Assembly: GCA_041739415.1 (NCBI GenBank)
Contig: JBGSNU010000038.1
Span: 27,155 to 91,154 of the forward strand
Direction: 5' to 3'
Source of the DNA: Bdellovibrionales bacterium
GTDB lineage: Bacteria; Bdellovibrionota; Bdellovibrionia; Bdellovibrionales; UBA1609
DNA: 64,000 bases
The position numbers were made by a program, and so were the translations under genes. The notes under the pieces are model-generated. The model made no database searches and was not told the origin of the DNA. It worked only from the letters and a program-made list of their open reading frames with translations. Of this stretch, positions 20,546 through 31,355 are shown one piece after another (positions within the stretch are counted from its first letter, which is position 1; each line of letters begins with the position of its first letter).

Positions 20546-21663
20546 AGTGAGTCTGCCTTTCGCAAGTCAGCGGTCTTTATTGATGATTCCTTGAACCAGG
20601 GTTGAGGGTCAATTGCATCTGTGAAATGCCGAATTTCAAAATACAGTCCTGGTCCAAAGAGCGGTGATCTCGCACCGGCCTGCCCAACTGGCGTGCCCTC
20701 TTGCACTATGGTCCCAACACGCACGTGCGACTTAGCCAAGTAGCCGTAAACCGAGTGATAGTTGTCCCCGTGATCTAGAATCAAGGTGCGACCATAACCG
20801 GGCAGCTGCCCCGCAAAAACCACTTTGCCTCGACTGACGGCGTGCACAGGTTCAGTAGTAGCGGCGTAGAAGAGCCCCTTGTGGGTCAAGCGATACTTAA
20901 ACTTTGGGTCAACATACACGCCATACTCTCTTCGCAAGGGAGCTTCAACGGGAGCGCGAAGCGAACCCTTGCGCTCAAAAAATGCCAAGGCTGTCGCGTT
21001 GTCGAGCTCAGGTCGACGTGACCTCAAGTGCTTCAACTCAGAAAGCTTTTGGTCGCGCGCCGCACGGACGGTCTGAAGGTGCTGAGATTTTTCACGCATT
21101 TTTTGCGTCAGCTCAGACTCTTGTGCAAGACCAACTCTTTTGGTCCGCACCAACTTCGTCACCGCGACACGCAAGTCAGCTCGTTTTTTTTGCAGCTCGC
21201 GCAGACTAGCTAAGTACATCTGCAGTTGTTTGTGGTCACTGTCGACCATGAGCTTTAAAAATCGCTGGTGTCGATCAATCTCCTGGGGCGTGCGCAAAGA
21301 AAAAAGCCAAGCGAGATCCACTTCTTTTTGAGTTTGATAGAGTTGGCGCAAGCGTTTTGCCAAAAGCTCGGCCAGCTGTTGCTTCCGCTCTTCTAACTCT
21401 TGCACATCTTGAGCTAACAGACGTACATCCACTTCACGGGCCAACAGCGTCTCGGTTATCCGCTCTTGGCGTTTGGCAATCTCTCGAATCCGTTTATTTA
21501 TTTTAAACAACTGCCCAAGAGCTTCTCGCTGCTGCCGTTCATCCATAGATATTTCGGCACGAGTGGATTCGATGACTGCAGTGGCCCCATCCAGCAAGCC
21601 CTCAGCCGAAATTGCTGGGACAAAAACTGTGATCGCTGTTGTAAGAAAAACGTACACATACAT
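20542..21663 (-). CDS. envC: Murein hydrolase activator EnvC-like (coiled coil + degenerate M23)
   Basis: Long coiled coil then LytM-like domain (ILDHGDNYHSVYG, LYFEIR); follows ftsEX. Confidence 0.85.
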   Translation of the reverse strand: MYVYVFLTTAITVFVPAISAEGLLDGATAVIESTRAEISMDERQQREALGQLFKINKRIREIAKRQERITETLLAREVDVRLLAQDVQELEERKQQLAELLAKRLRQLYQTQKEVDLAWLFSLRTPQEIDRHQRFLKLMVDSDHKQLQMYLASLRELQKKRADLRVAVTKLVRTKRVGLAQESELTQKMREKSQHLQTVRAARDQKLSELKHLRSRRPELDNATALAFFERKGSLRAPVEAPLRREYGVYVDPKFKYRLTHKGLFYAATTEPVHAVSRGKVVFAGQLPGYGRTLILDHGDNYHSVYGYLAKSHVRVGTIVQEGTPVGQAGARSPLFGPGLYFEIRHFTDAIDPQPWFKESSIKTADLRKADSL

Positions 21664-21664
21664 T

Positions 21665-22582
21665 CTATGGCACCGCAGCCCAACCGGTGTTGAGCCTGCG
21701 CACACAGTTCCACGCCCCCAAAGTGCCAAACACCAGGCCGGTGGCCAAATTGGCAAGTATATGCCAAGTCTGCAGCGGCGGAATATTTTGGATCGCCACC
21801 CAAAAACTCCAGTTGGTTGTGACCCAATCCAGAGCGATGGAGTGCAAGCTGTAGCTGAGTATCAATGATATGCCAGAGGCCAGTAGCCCCAGAGTAAAGC
21901 CCTCAAAAATAAACGGTAGACGAATAAAGCGTGCTGTTGCACCAACCAATTCCAGAATGGCGATCTCCTCGTATCTCTGCATAAACGAAAGCCTGATGCA
22001 GTTGCTGACAATCAACAGACCGACACTCAAACTAAGGGCCCAAATGACAAACCCAACTCCTCGTAGGCTGACTAAAAATTGTGAAAAATTCTCAACCCAG
22101 CCCTGCCCATAAAAGACGTCCTCTACAAACTCCGAATCTCGCAACTGCTCACCCCAACGCTGCATCGAAGGTAAGCGCTCGGCCAACGACACCGTTTCAC
22201 TTAAGCGCAATTCCAAACTTGCGGGTATCGGGGACTTCCATTTGGGATCCTCTAGTAGAGCTAAGGAGTCCGAGCCTAAACCTTGTAAGAACTTTTGCGT
22301 CGCCTCAGTTTTCGACACAAATTTGACCTGAGAAAAATTGCCGCTAGCAGAGAGTCGGCTCTTCATGTCATCGATTTCAGCGGGAGTGGCGTCTTTTAAA
22401 TAAACAATCATTTCCAAACCGTCGCTCCAACTGCCGACGGTCTGTTGTAGGACTGAAAGTCCCAAAAACAAAACGTTCATCAGTAAAAGAACAAGGCTCA
22501 TGACAGTCACCGACGCCAACTGCAAGGCCCAGTGCCGTCTCCAGGCGCGGAACAAGTGTTGCTTTAAGATGAAGCGATTCAT
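21665..22582 (-). CDS. ftsX: Cell division permease
   Basis: Four TM segments; NCIRLSFMQRYEEIAILELVGATARFIRLPFIFEG. Confidence 0.92.
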   Translation of the reverse strand: MNRFILKQHLFRAWRRHWALQLASVTVMSLVLLLMNVLFLGLSVLQQTVGSWSDGLEMIVYLKDATPAEIDDMKSRLSASGNFSQVKFVSKTEATQKFLQGLGSDSLALLEDPKWKSPIPASLELRLSETVSLAERLPSMQRWGEQLRDSEFVEDVFYGQGWVENFSQFLVSLRGVGFVIWALSLSVGLLIVSNCIRLSFMQRYEEIAILELVGATARFIRLPFIFEGFTLGLLASGISLILSYSLHSIALDWVTTNWSFWVAIQNIPPLQTWHILANLATGLVFGTLGAWNCVRRLNTGWAAVP

Positions 22583-23235
22583 GCTTGCACCACCCGGCCC
22601 TCATTGATTTCAATCACCCGAAAGGCGCGGCGGCGAATCAGCTCGACATCGTGGGTAGCGACAAAGACCGTTGTCCCCTGAGCGTTGACATGTTCCAAAA
22701 GCTGAAAGATCTCAGTGCTCATTTGCACATCTAAGTTCCCCGTGGGCTCGTCGGCTATCAAAACTCCGGGGTGGTGAATAAGGGCCCGCGCGATCGCGAC
22801 TCGCTGCTGCTCTCCTCCGGAAATTTCCGTGGGGAACGAAGCCGAGCGAAAGCTTAAGCCGACTTGATCCAAAACCTCTCGCACTCGACGCTCTACATAG
22901 CTTTCACCATCGCCCCGCACCAACAGAGGCATGGCCACATTCTCAAAGACCGTGCGATCTTTCAGCAATCGAAAGTCCTGATAGATGACCCCAATGCGTC
23001 TTCTAAAAAATGGAATTTGGTTTTCTTCAAGCGCGGCGACGTCGGAGCCAAGGACAGTAACATGTCCTGAACTGGGACGATCGAAGCCCGAGATCAATCG
23101 AAACAGCGTCGTCTTGCCGGCACCGCTTGGGCCCGTGAGAAAGACAAACTCGCCTTTGTTGATCTCAAAGCTCACATTTCGTAAACCTTGATAGCCATTA
23201 GGAAACACTTTGTAGGTGTGATTAAAACTGATCAT
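22579..23235 (-). CDS. ftsE: Cell division ATP-binding protein
   Basis: GPSGAGKT, LRRRIG-like FRRRIGVIYQDFRLL, SGGEQQR, ADEPTGNLD. Confidence 0.95.
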   Translation of the reverse strand: MISFNHTYKVFPNGYQGLRNVSFEINKGEFVFLTGPSGAGKTTLFRLISGFDRPSSGHVTVLGSDVAALEENQIPFFRRRIGVIYQDFRLLKDRTVFENVAMPLLVRGDGESYVERRVREVLDQVGLSFRSASFPTEISGGEQQRVAIARALIHHPGVLIADEPTGNLDVQMSTEIFQLLEHVNAQGTTVFVATHDVELIRRRAFRVIEINEGRVVQA

Positions 23236-23256
23236 GTCTCTATAGTTTAACGAGGG

Positions 23257-23511
23257 CTACAGCAGTTGACCAGAAAGCAACAGGTCTAGAATTTGCTGAT
23301 GCTGGATCTTCATCGCGAGACGAATCGTTTTGGCTTCAGTCGCAGACCCATGCGGCAGGACCTCGTCATAGGAGGTCTTCACACTCTTTAAGACGGCACC
23401 ATTGAGAAATACGCGGCTGACAAAATATGGATTGGTCAGTCCCCAGTCTTCTGTCTGGATATGATACTGAGTGCCTAGCCAGGCAATGTCGGAGTTAAAG
23501 CCCTTTTCCAT
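23257..23511 (-). CDS. Small hypothetical protein
   Basis: 84-aa ORF with GFN...YHIQTEDWG...QH pattern that I recall from deltaproteobacterial hypotheticals; co-oriented with ftsE. Confidence 0.7.
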   Translation of the reverse strand: MEKGFNSDIAWLGTQYHIQTEDWGLTNPYFVSRVFLNGAVLKSVKTSYDEVLPHGSATEAKTIRLAMKIQHQQILDLLLSGQLL

Positions 23512-23718
23512 GACCAGAGTATAGCACTTAGGTGTGGGCCCTCTTCAAGGACTTAGTGTTCGGATACTTGCAACATTTTTTTGACGGTTCAGTTGGCAAA
23601 ATCCCAGATAGAGACAAGAGAAGTTGAACTGAAGTGCCGATTCTTTAATCAAATAAAATTAGCGACTTGAGCTTCAATATTGACTCAAAGGCGAGCGTCA
23701 AAATTCCGATAGCTCTGT

Positions 23719-25530
23719 ATGCTCAAAAGTGCACCCTTCATGATGTTCGCGATTCTTATTGTTGTCGGGTGCTCCAAAAAAACCAGCGCGCCCACAGGCT
23801 GCACAGACTCAACAGGGCTAACCTGTCCAGGTCCAGCCGAGGTGGCCTACTGCTCCAGCACAACGGCTTACTCAAATTCTGTAACTATCACTGGAACCGC
23901 CCAATACATCCGACGTGAGCCCTTTGCGGGAGGGCTCGGAAATGCGAGCCTCACTGGAGCAACCCACCCTGCCCAGGCCTACCCCATTCGATATGCCGAA
24001 GTCCGAGTCTTAAACTCGGCGGGCAAGCCAATTCAATGTGCGACAACTGCAACCAACGGTACGTTTTCGTTTCAGCTGCCAAAGAGCTCCTCAACTTTTA
24101 CAGTTCAGGTGAATTCTCGGGCCTTCAATTCAAAGTTGAGGGCTTCGGTTTTAGACGCGCCTTTAAGCAATAAATTCTACAGTTTGACCAAAACCGTGGC
24201 GCCCACCGCAAACAAATCAATCGGCACGCTGACGGCTACAGCTTCGGGTGCGACGCTTGGTGGGGCTTTCAACATTTTAGATCAGTTTGCTTTTGCCAAC
24301 GACTACTTGCGAGCCAAAGCCGGCAATTGCAGTGCCATTTCAGCTCAGTGCACTAACTTTACTGTGGCTCCAAAAGTGAGTGCCTACTGGATCGCGGGCT
24401 TCAATCCCTACTCCTATTACGGTGGGACCTCCGGCGTGAGTTTTTATCTGCCTGGCTACTCTCGTCTATTTATTTTGGGCGGGATCAATGGGGACATGGG
24501 CAGCTCCGATACCGATCACTACGACAACTCAGTCGTCATTCATGAGTACGGACATTTTCTCGAAGACAGCATGTTTGCGTCGGACTCTCCGGGCGGTTTT
24601 CACAATGGAAACGCCGTCATCGACCCGAGACTTGCGTGGAGTGAAGGCTGGGGCAACTTTTTTCAAGCGGCTGTAACCAACTGGTCAGGCTACGGCGATG
24701 CAGCCTACGCCACTGCAGAATACATCGACACCATTGGCAATGCCGATGGAACTTCCACCGTGGGCCTTTCGGTAGATCTTGAAACTCCAGATGCTTACGA
24801 TGAACCAGATTTTCAAGGTGAAGGCAACTTTCGAGAGTTTGCAGTCTCACGCTTCCTATGGGACGTGGTGGATACGGGGACCGACGCCGGTGCCGTTGAT
24901 GGTATATCGGATGAGTTTGGTCGAATTTGGGCGGCTTTGACCAAGTCCAGCTTGAGCTTCAAAGACTCCAACATGAAGTTCCGCAACGTCGGCCTTTTGC
25001 ACTTGGTTGAAAACGAGATGACGAGCAACATGTCGACTTGGAATGCCATCCGAACTCTGAATATGCACGATCCTGACCAATCTGAGTACGCGCAGTACGT
25101 CCGACCCAGCGGCAATTGCAGCTACACAATAACCCCCGCCAATATTTCAACTGACGACGGCAGTTTGGATTCTTCCGACTTGTTTCGCAACAACGACTTC
25201 TACCATCTCCGCATTGCCACTGCAGGTACCTACACCATTCGCTTAGATTATGAGGATGCCAACGCCATGGGTGATGTGGCTGATCTTGATCTTTATGTTT
25301 ACAATGAATCGGCACAGTTTGCCGTTGGGTCTGACATTCTCGCCTACAAGACGAGCCGGCCAACTCAAACTCCGACCGCCAATCAAGTCGAGTCAGTCTC
25401 GGTCACTCTCCCCAAGGGCGATTATCTAATCAATGTGAATGTCTTTACCGGCGGTATCTTGGGTACAGAGGCCGAATACACGTTAAAGTTAAACGGGAGC
25501 AAGCTATGTCCGGCCAATTTAGTTCAGTAA
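23719..25530 (+). CDS. Lipoprotein zinc metallopeptidase with C-terminal PPC-like beta domain
   Basis: Lipobox VVGC; HEYGH plus downstream AWSEGW; C-terminal DFY...DLDLYVY...GDYLINV. Confidence 0.75.
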   Translation: MLKSAPFMMFAILIVVGCSKKTSAPTGCTDSTGLTCPGPAEVAYCSSTTAYSNSVTITGTAQYIRREPFAGGLGNASLTGATHPAQAYPIRYAEVRVLNSAGKPIQCATTATNGTFSFQLPKSSSTFTVQVNSRAFNSKLRASVLDAPLSNKFYSLTKTVAPTANKSIGTLTATASGATLGGAFNILDQFAFANDYLRAKAGNCSAISAQCTNFTVAPKVSAYWIAGFNPYSYYGGTSGVSFYLPGYSRLFILGGINGDMGSSDTDHYDNSVVIHEYGHFLEDSMFASDSPGGFHNGNAVIDPRLAWSEGWGNFFQAAVTNWSGYGDAAYATAEYIDTIGNADGTSTVGLSVDLETPDAYDEPDFQGEGNFREFAVSRFLWDVVDTGTDAGAVDGISDEFGRIWAALTKSSLSFKDSNMKFRNVGLLHLVENEMTSNMSTWNAIRTLNMHDPDQSEYAQYVRPSGNCSYTITPANISTDDGSLDSSDLFRNNDFYHLRIATAGTYTIRLDYEDANAMGDVADLDLYVYNESAQFAVGSDILAYKTSRPTQTPTANQVESVSVTLPKGDYLINVNVFTGGILGTEAEYTLKLNGSKLCPANLVQ

Positions 25531-26117
25531 TGATGTTTGTTTCACTCATGGCTATTGCTTTTGCTACAAATCGAGCCAGCGAGCAAACGCTACCCAGTGA
25601 AGCCCACAGAGCGCGCGGTCTTGCCACTGTCCATCCCGAAGATCTCCGCAAAAAGCAAATCCTGGGCGAATTTAAAACAGCCCCGCTGTTTCCCCACACG
25701 CTCAAAGTCACCGGCCCCCTTAAGGTGGATATCCAAGTCGACGGCCAACCACCCGCGAAAATCGGGGCTCGCTTTGTGCTTATGGCCCACGTTCATTCCA
25801 CTCAACCCCTCGCTTCAGCCCAATTCAAATGGGCAATCCCCGAGGGCGTGCGATGGATCAGTGGGGCACAGACAGGAACACTGACCGATCTTGAACCCGG
25901 CAAAGCGAAAATTGTCCAGATTGTTTTAGAAAAAGCATCCGTTGAGAATCGCCAGGTCCATATCCATGCGCAAGGTGCTGTTGGACGCAGTCGATTCGCT
26001 GCCGCCGCTCAGTACAACACCGAACTGCAAACCTACTTAGACCGCGAGCAACAGTCTGTGAAAGCCGGAATAGAGGCGCTGCAGAAGCAATCGCAACGTC
26101 CAAAAATCCATCACTAA
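25506..26117 (+). CDS. Secreted hypothetical protein, Ig-like beta sandwich
   Basis: N-terminal hydrophobic segment, beta-strand pattern, overlaps the peptidase stop. Confidence 0.6.
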   Translation: MSGQFSSVMMFVSLMAIAFATNRASEQTLPSEAHRARGLATVHPEDLRKKQILGEFKTAPLFPHTLKVTGPLKVDIQVDGQPPAKIGARFVLMAHVHSTQPLASAQFKWAIPEGVRWISGAQTGTLTDLEPGKAKIVQIVLEKASVENRQVHIHAQGAVGRSRFAAAAQYNTELQTYLDREQQSVKAGIEALQKQSQRPKIHH

Positions 26118-26120
26118 ATC

Positions 26121-26699
26121 TTAAACGGGAACCACAGTCAGGCTGTCGTTACCCAGCTCGTTTCTTAAGATACTCTGAATCGCATCTAAAGTTCCCATCA
26201 TGGAGCTAGGGCATCCCCCGCAAGCGCCTTGATAGACAATTTGCAACTGATTGTCTGCCAAGCTTACGACCTCAACGTCACCGCCGTCAGCTTGCAGGCC
26301 CGGGCGAATGGTTCGGTCCAAGATCTCTTCAATCTCTTGCACGGCCGGATCTGATGCTACAGCTCGGGCTCGAGGTTGTTTTGGCGCCTCGCCAAAAGAT
26401 GAGTCATGCACACTCAACCGCGTGCGAAGCACTCCCCCCACCTGAGTCGACAACTCTTCGTCCATAAGATCGCCGGAGTGGGTCACGGTCAGTGTATTTT
26501 GAAAGACGTGAACTTGTCGAACTCCAGCAATCGCAAATACATCACGGAGCAAGGGAAGCGAGTCACACTCGATGGGACTTGAAAAGGTCGCTTTGCCTTC
26601 GTCTTTCAAAGCCGTGTTTAAAATAAATTTTAGCGCGAATGGGTTTGGCGTAGGCTGGGTGCGAATCAAAAGGTCTTGGGTATCTATCTTGTTGGTCAT
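26121..26699 (-). CDS. Nfu-type Fe-S carrier (Nfu N-terminal + NifU C-terminal domains)
   Basis: TPNPFALKF; IRPGLQADGGDV...GACGGC. Confidence 0.9.
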   Translation of the reverse strand: MTNKIDTQDLLIRTQPTPNPFALKFILNTALKDEGKATFSSPIECDSLPLLRDVFAIAGVRQVHVFQNTLTVTHSGDLMDEELSTQVGGVLRTRLSVHDSSFGEAPKQPRARAVASDPAVQEIEEILDRTIRPGLQADGGDVEVVSLADNQLQIVYQGACGGCPSSMMGTLDAIQSILRNELGNDSLTVVPV

Positions 26700-27913
26700 G
26701 ACAAAAGCTCCTGCGCTTTTCGCAAACCGCGAACCAGAATTTCGATATCTGCTTCACTTGTGTAAATTGAAAACGATGCGCGAACTGTGCCGGGGATGCC
26801 AAAGCGCCGCATTAAGGGCTGACAGCAGTGGTGCCCGGTGCGCACCGCTATCCCTTGCTCGTCTAAAATGGCGCCGACGTCAGAAGGATGCTGGCCATTC
26901 AACAGAAACGACAGGGCGTGGTGCTGAGTGGCGTTTGCGCCAATCCAGCGCAGATCTGGCACACGGCCGATTTGATGGCGAGCTAGTTCCACCATCACTT
27001 TATCGTGAGCAAGAATATTATTTAAACCAATATCGTTTATAAAATCCAATGCGGCGCCAAGGCCAATAACTTCGGCGATGGGCGGAGTTCCGGCCTCAAA
27101 CCGTTGCGGCGGGGGCAAAAAATCCACTCCATCTTCACGCACCTCGCGAATCATCGAGCCACCACTCTGATAGGGTGGCAACCGATCTAACCATTCGGCT
27201 CGGCCATAAAGCACCCCCACTCCGGTGGGCGCAAACATTTTGTGTCCAGAAAAAATCAAAAAGTCACAGGCTAGATCTTGCACGTTTAAGGGCAAAGTGG
27301 GAGCCGACTGAGCTGCATCCGCAATGCAAACTGCGCCCAATTGCTTAGCGCGCAAAAACATCTCACGCAGCGGATTGAGTGTGCCTAGCGCATTGGAGAT
27401 GTGAACGAGTGATACAATTTTTGTCCTCGGCGAGAGCAATCCTTCATAGGCCACTTGATCTAATGTGCCATCCTCTAGCACCGGAATAAAACGCACGATG
27501 GCGCGCCTCTCCTCGGCCATGATTTGCCAAGGCACAATGTTCGAGTGGTGCTCCATTTGAGATAGCAAGATCTCATCACCCTCATTGATTATTGTTCGAC
27601 CGAGCGTATACGCCAAAAGATTCAGGCTCTCCGTCGTCCCGTGAGTAAAAATGATCTCTGAGCGACTCTCCGCTCCCACAAACTGACGCAACTTCTCTCG
27701 CACCTCTTCAAATTGCTCAGTGGCCATGTCACTTAGATAGTGGGCGCCTCGATGCACATTGGCGCTGCCCTCACGCAAGTTCTTGGTCACGGCTTCAATC
27801 ACGCGAATGGGTTTTAGCGAAGTGGCTCCACTGTCCAAATACACCAACGGCTTACCACGCACTTGCACCTTCAGCTGTGGAAAGTGGTCACGCACATCCA
27901 AAAGCTGGCTCAT
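26696..27913 (-). CDS. sufS: Cysteine desulfurase
   Basis: YLDSGATSLKP, MEHHSN, FSGHKM, RTGHHC. Confidence 0.95.
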   Translation of the reverse strand: MSQLLDVRDHFPQLKVQVRGKPLVYLDSGATSLKPIRVIEAVTKNLREGSANVHRGAHYLSDMATEQFEEVREKLRQFVGAESRSEIIFTHGTTESLNLLAYTLGRTIINEGDEILLSQMEHHSNIVPWQIMAEERRAIVRFIPVLEDGTLDQVAYEGLLSPRTKIVSLVHISNALGTLNPLREMFLRAKQLGAVCIADAAQSAPTLPLNVQDLACDFLIFSGHKMFAPTGVGVLYGRAEWLDRLPPYQSGGSMIREVREDGVDFLPPPQRFEAGTPPIAEVIGLGAALDFINDIGLNNILAHDKVMVELARHQIGRVPDLRWIGANATQHHALSFLLNGQHPSDVGAILDEQGIAVRTGHHCCQPLMRRFGIPGTVRASFSIYTSEADIEILVRGLRKAQELLS

Positions 27914-29160
27914 ACGTGTACCTCAGCCAAAAATTCAGGCAAGAACTCACGCACACGCGTGGCGACAAAATTTCGCAAGGTGGGATGACCGATCTTCATT
28001 GTAATTTCGTCGACAAATGCTTGGGCCAGCAATCGCTTGGCTTCGGTAGGCTGGATGCCCCGACTCATGAGATAGAACAACTTCTCATCATCCATACGGC
28101 CCACGGTGGCGCCATGGTTGGCTTTGACGTCGTCAGCGTAGATCTCTAACTCAGGTTTAGTGTCGGCCTCCGCTGTTCGACTCAGCAGCAAATTGTGATT
28201 GGCCTGCCTCGACACCACTTTCTGGGCCTTCGGTCCGATATAAATCTTTCCGTTCAAGACGCCGCGCGCTCGATCTTTGAGGATTCCCTTGAACAACTGC
28301 GTCGATTGAGTTTGTCCAATATGGTGGCTAACTTGCACGCGCTGATCCACATGGCTACTGGAACCAGCAAAGGTCATTCCACTCACGTCTACATTGGCTC
28401 TGGCGCCACGCACATCAAACTTGAGAGTGTTGCGAGACCACTCTGCACCCGCATTGATTTGGGTCAACGCCACTTGAGCATCGGCCGCCAAATGTGTTTG
28501 TACATCTGCCCAGCTGGTGGCACCCGAGCTCTCTTGTTGTAGCCGAACCCACTCGAGCTCGGCGCCATCCAACAATTCCACTTTAGTGACATCACTTCGT
28601 AAATAAACACCCGTCGAGGAAAGAAAAACTTCGGCCACCTTGACATGCACTCTAGAATCCACGCGAATGTAATTTGAAGTTGGAGTCCAAACGCCTTCAC
28701 CCTCGTGCCAGTGCACGATTAAAATAGGTCGCAGCGGCGACGTGCGAAGCTCAAAGGCATAGCCGCTTTTAGCAATCGCCGCGGCAGCAGAAACGACCCC
28801 GTCCTCGAGATCCAAATTTAAACCGTGCGACCAATCGCCGACTCTAAGGCCTTCAGGTAGTGGCTGCGCACTGTCGTTGTGCAAATGGCCGTTAAGCAAA
28901 ATGACCGGGTCGAAATCCTGTTTCCACAGGTCTACAAAAGCTTGCAACAGGCTGGGGACTTGATCGACGGGTTGTGAAATCGGCCATCGGCGACTCGTCA
29001 AAAACTGGCTAGAACTGTACTTCCACGACTCCGATTTTTTATCCGGCAGCCCCTGGAATTTGAACGCCTCCCAGGCCTTTTCTCGAAACCGCACCTCGTC
29101 TGGCGATGCATCCCGAATCAAGGTGTTGAGCTGCTCGCGCAAATCGGCGGCAAAGTTCAT
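27910..29160 (-). CDS. sufD: Fe-S assembly protein
   Basis: ESWKYS; KPELEIYADDVKANHGATVG. Confidence 0.93.
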   Translation of the reverse strand: MNFAADLREQLNTLIRDASPDEVRFREKAWEAFKFQGLPDKKSESWKYSSSQFLTSRRWPISQPVDQVPSLLQAFVDLWKQDFDPVILLNGHLHNDSAQPLPEGLRVGDWSHGLNLDLEDGVVSAAAAIAKSGYAFELRTSPLRPILIVHWHEGEGVWTPTSNYIRVDSRVHVKVAEVFLSSTGVYLRSDVTKVELLDGAELEWVRLQQESSGATSWADVQTHLAADAQVALTQINAGAEWSRNTLKFDVRGARANVDVSGMTFAGSSSHVDQRVQVSHHIGQTQSTQLFKGILKDRARGVLNGKIYIGPKAQKVVSRQANHNLLLSRTAEADTKPELEIYADDVKANHGATVGRMDDEKLFYLMSRGIQPTEAKRLLAQAFVDEITMKIGHPTLRNFVATRVREFLPEFLAEVHV

Positions 29161-29918
29161 ACATTAGCTCCCGTGATCCAGTCGTAGCCTTGTTTTTCTA
29201 ATTTTGTGGCTAAGGATTTATCACCCGATTGCACAATTTGACCTTTGTGTAAGACATGGACAAAGTCGGGCTGAATGTAATCGAGCAACCTTTGATAATG
29301 GGTGATCAACAAGATTGCATTGTTCGCACTGCGCAGTTTGTTTACGCCATTCGCGACCACCTTCAGAGAATCGATATCCAATCCAGAATCGGTTTCATCG
29401 AGAATAGCCAAACGCGGTGATAACACGGCCATTTGAAGAATTTCATTCCGCTTTTTTTCGCCGCCCGAAAACCCTTCATTCACCGAGCGTTCGAGAAAGC
29501 TAGGATGCAATTCAACGAGGGCCGATTTTTTCTCAACAAAGAGCCGAAATTCAGCCTCGTTCATTTCAGCCACGCCTTGATGCCGGCACACAGAATTGAA
29601 GGCCGCACGCAAGAACGTCAAATTGGCCACGCCAGGCACTTCCACTGGATATTGAAAGGCCAAGAACACGCCTTCGCGCGCGCGCAGATCTGCACTCATA
29701 TCCAACAAGTTTATCGGCTTAAAATTAACATCATATTCAACTGTGCCGGCCGTGACGGTGTAGTCCGGATGACCTGCCAAGATTTTTGACAAAGTGCTTT
29801 TGCCCGAACCATTCGGCCCCATAATCGCGTGAACCTCGCCGGCCTGAATGCTGAGATCAAGACCTCGCAAGACCTCTTTGTCACCAATACATGCTTTAAG
29901 TCCGCTCACCTTCAACAT
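29157..29918 (-). CDS. sufC: Fe-S assembly ATPase
   Basis: GPNGSGKST, FQYPVEVPG, FSGGEKKRNE, DETDSGLD. Confidence 0.96.
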   Translation of the reverse strand: MLKVSGLKACIGDKEVLRGLDLSIQAGEVHAIMGPNGSGKSTLSKILAGHPDYTVTAGTVEYDVNFKPINLLDMSADLRAREGVFLAFQYPVEVPGVANLTFLRAAFNSVCRHQGVAEMNEAEFRLFVEKKSALVELHPSFLERSVNEGFSGGEKKRNEILQMAVLSPRLAILDETDSGLDIDSLKVVANGVNKLRSANNAILLITHYQRLLDYIQPDFVHVLHKGQIVQSGDKSLATKLEKQGYDWITGANV

Positions 29919-29930
29919 AGTTTGTATCCT

Positions 29931-31355
29931 TTAGCCGATGCTATTCTCGAGTTTCATTTCAATCAGCTTCACCGCCTCAACCGAGAACTCTAGCGGCAAT
30001 TGCTTAAATACATCCTTACAAAAACCATTTACTAAAAGTGAGATCGCTTCTTCTTGCGACAGCCCTCGCGATTGCAGATAAAAGAGCTGCTCTTCACTGA
30101 TCCGGGAGGTCGAGGCTTCATGCTCCACCGTTGCAGTATCGTTTTTCACTTCGATATAGGGGAAGGTGTTGGCTCCGCACTCGTCACCCACCAACATCGA
30201 ATCGCACTGCGAGTAATTGCGTGCCCCGTGGGCCGTGGGCAAGATCTTCACCAAACCTCGGTAACTGTTGACTGACCCGCCAGTGGAAATTCCCTTGCTG
30301 ATGATCGTGCTGCGCGTGTTGCGACCGATGTGCACCATTTTCGTGCCGGTATCGGCCTGCATTTTGTCGTGGGTCAGGGCGACTGAGTAGAATGCTCCAA
30401 CTGAATTTTCGCCTTGGAGAATGCAACTTGGATACTTCCAGGTGATGGCCGAGCCAGCTTCCACTTGCGTCCAAGAGATTTTAGAGTTGCGGCCGATGCA
30501 CTTGCCCCGCTTTGTGACAAAGTTAAAAATTCCACCACGGCCTTCACGGTCGCCCGTGTACCAGTTCTGCACAGTGGAGTAGCGAATTTCAGCATCATCG
30601 AGAGCAATCAACTCTACCACTGCGGCATGCAACTGATTTTCGTCGCGCTGAGGGGCCGTACACCCTTCTAGGTAATTGACAAAGCTACCCGCCTCCGCAA
30701 TCAGGAGCGTTCGCTCAAACTGCCCCGTATCTTTGGCGTTGATGCGAAAGTAAGTGGACAGATCCAGTGGGCAGGTCACGCCTTTTGGAATGTAACAAAA
30801 TGACCCGTCAGTAAAAACCGCCGCATTTAGTGCCGCAAAAAAATTGTCGGCGTGCGGGACAACACTCCCTAAATATTTGCGCACCAACTCGGGATGAGTC
30901 TGTACCGCTTCGGAGATCGAGCAAAAAATCACACCCGCTTTCGCCAAAGTGTCTTTGTGAGTTGTACCTAGGGAAACTGAATCAAAGACGGCATCTATGG
31001 CCACCCCTGAAATGCGTTTTTGCTCCGTCAATGAAATACCGAGCCGTTCAAAGGTTTTGAGCAATTCAGGGTCGAGCTCATCTAATGATTTTGGTTTTTC
31101 GGTCACAGATTTGGGGGCGGAGTAGTAACGAATGCTCTGGTAATCGATAGGTTTATAATCGGCACGAGCCCAATGTGGTTCTTCCATCGTTAGCCAATGG
31201 CGGTACGCCTTGAGTCGGTAATCGAGCAGCCAATCGGGCTCACTTTTTTTGGCAGAAATCATGCGGATGATGTCCTCATCCAAGCCTTTGCGCATGGACT
31301 CAGTCTCAATGCTCGTCACGAATCCATGTTTGTATTCTGTCTTGAGTTCGTTCAT
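29931..31355 (-). CDS. sufB: Fe-S assembly protein
   Basis: [29 protein letters not shown]. Confidence 0.97.
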   Translation of the reverse strand: MNELKTEYKHGFVTSIETESMRKGLDEDIIRMISAKKSEPDWLLDYRLKAYRHWLTMEEPHWARADYKPIDYQSIRYYSAPKSVTEKPKSLDELDPELLKTFERLGISLTEQKRISGVAIDAVFDSVSLGTTHKDTLAKAGVIFCSISEAVQTHPELVRKYLGSVVPHADNFFAALNAAVFTDGSFCYIPKGVTCPLDLSTYFRINAKDTGQFERTLLIAEAGSFVNYLEGCTAPQRDENQLHAAVVELIALDDAEIRYSTVQNWYTGDREGRGGIFNFVTKRGKCIGRNSKISWTQVEAGSAITWKYPSCILQGENSVGAFYSVALTHDKMQADTGTKMVHIGRNTRSTIISKGISTGGSVNSYRGLVKILPTAHGARNYSQCDSMLVGDECGANTFPYIEVKNDTATVEHEASTSRISEEQLFYLQSRGLSQEEAISLLVNGFCKDVFKQLPLEFSVEAVKLIEMKLENSIG

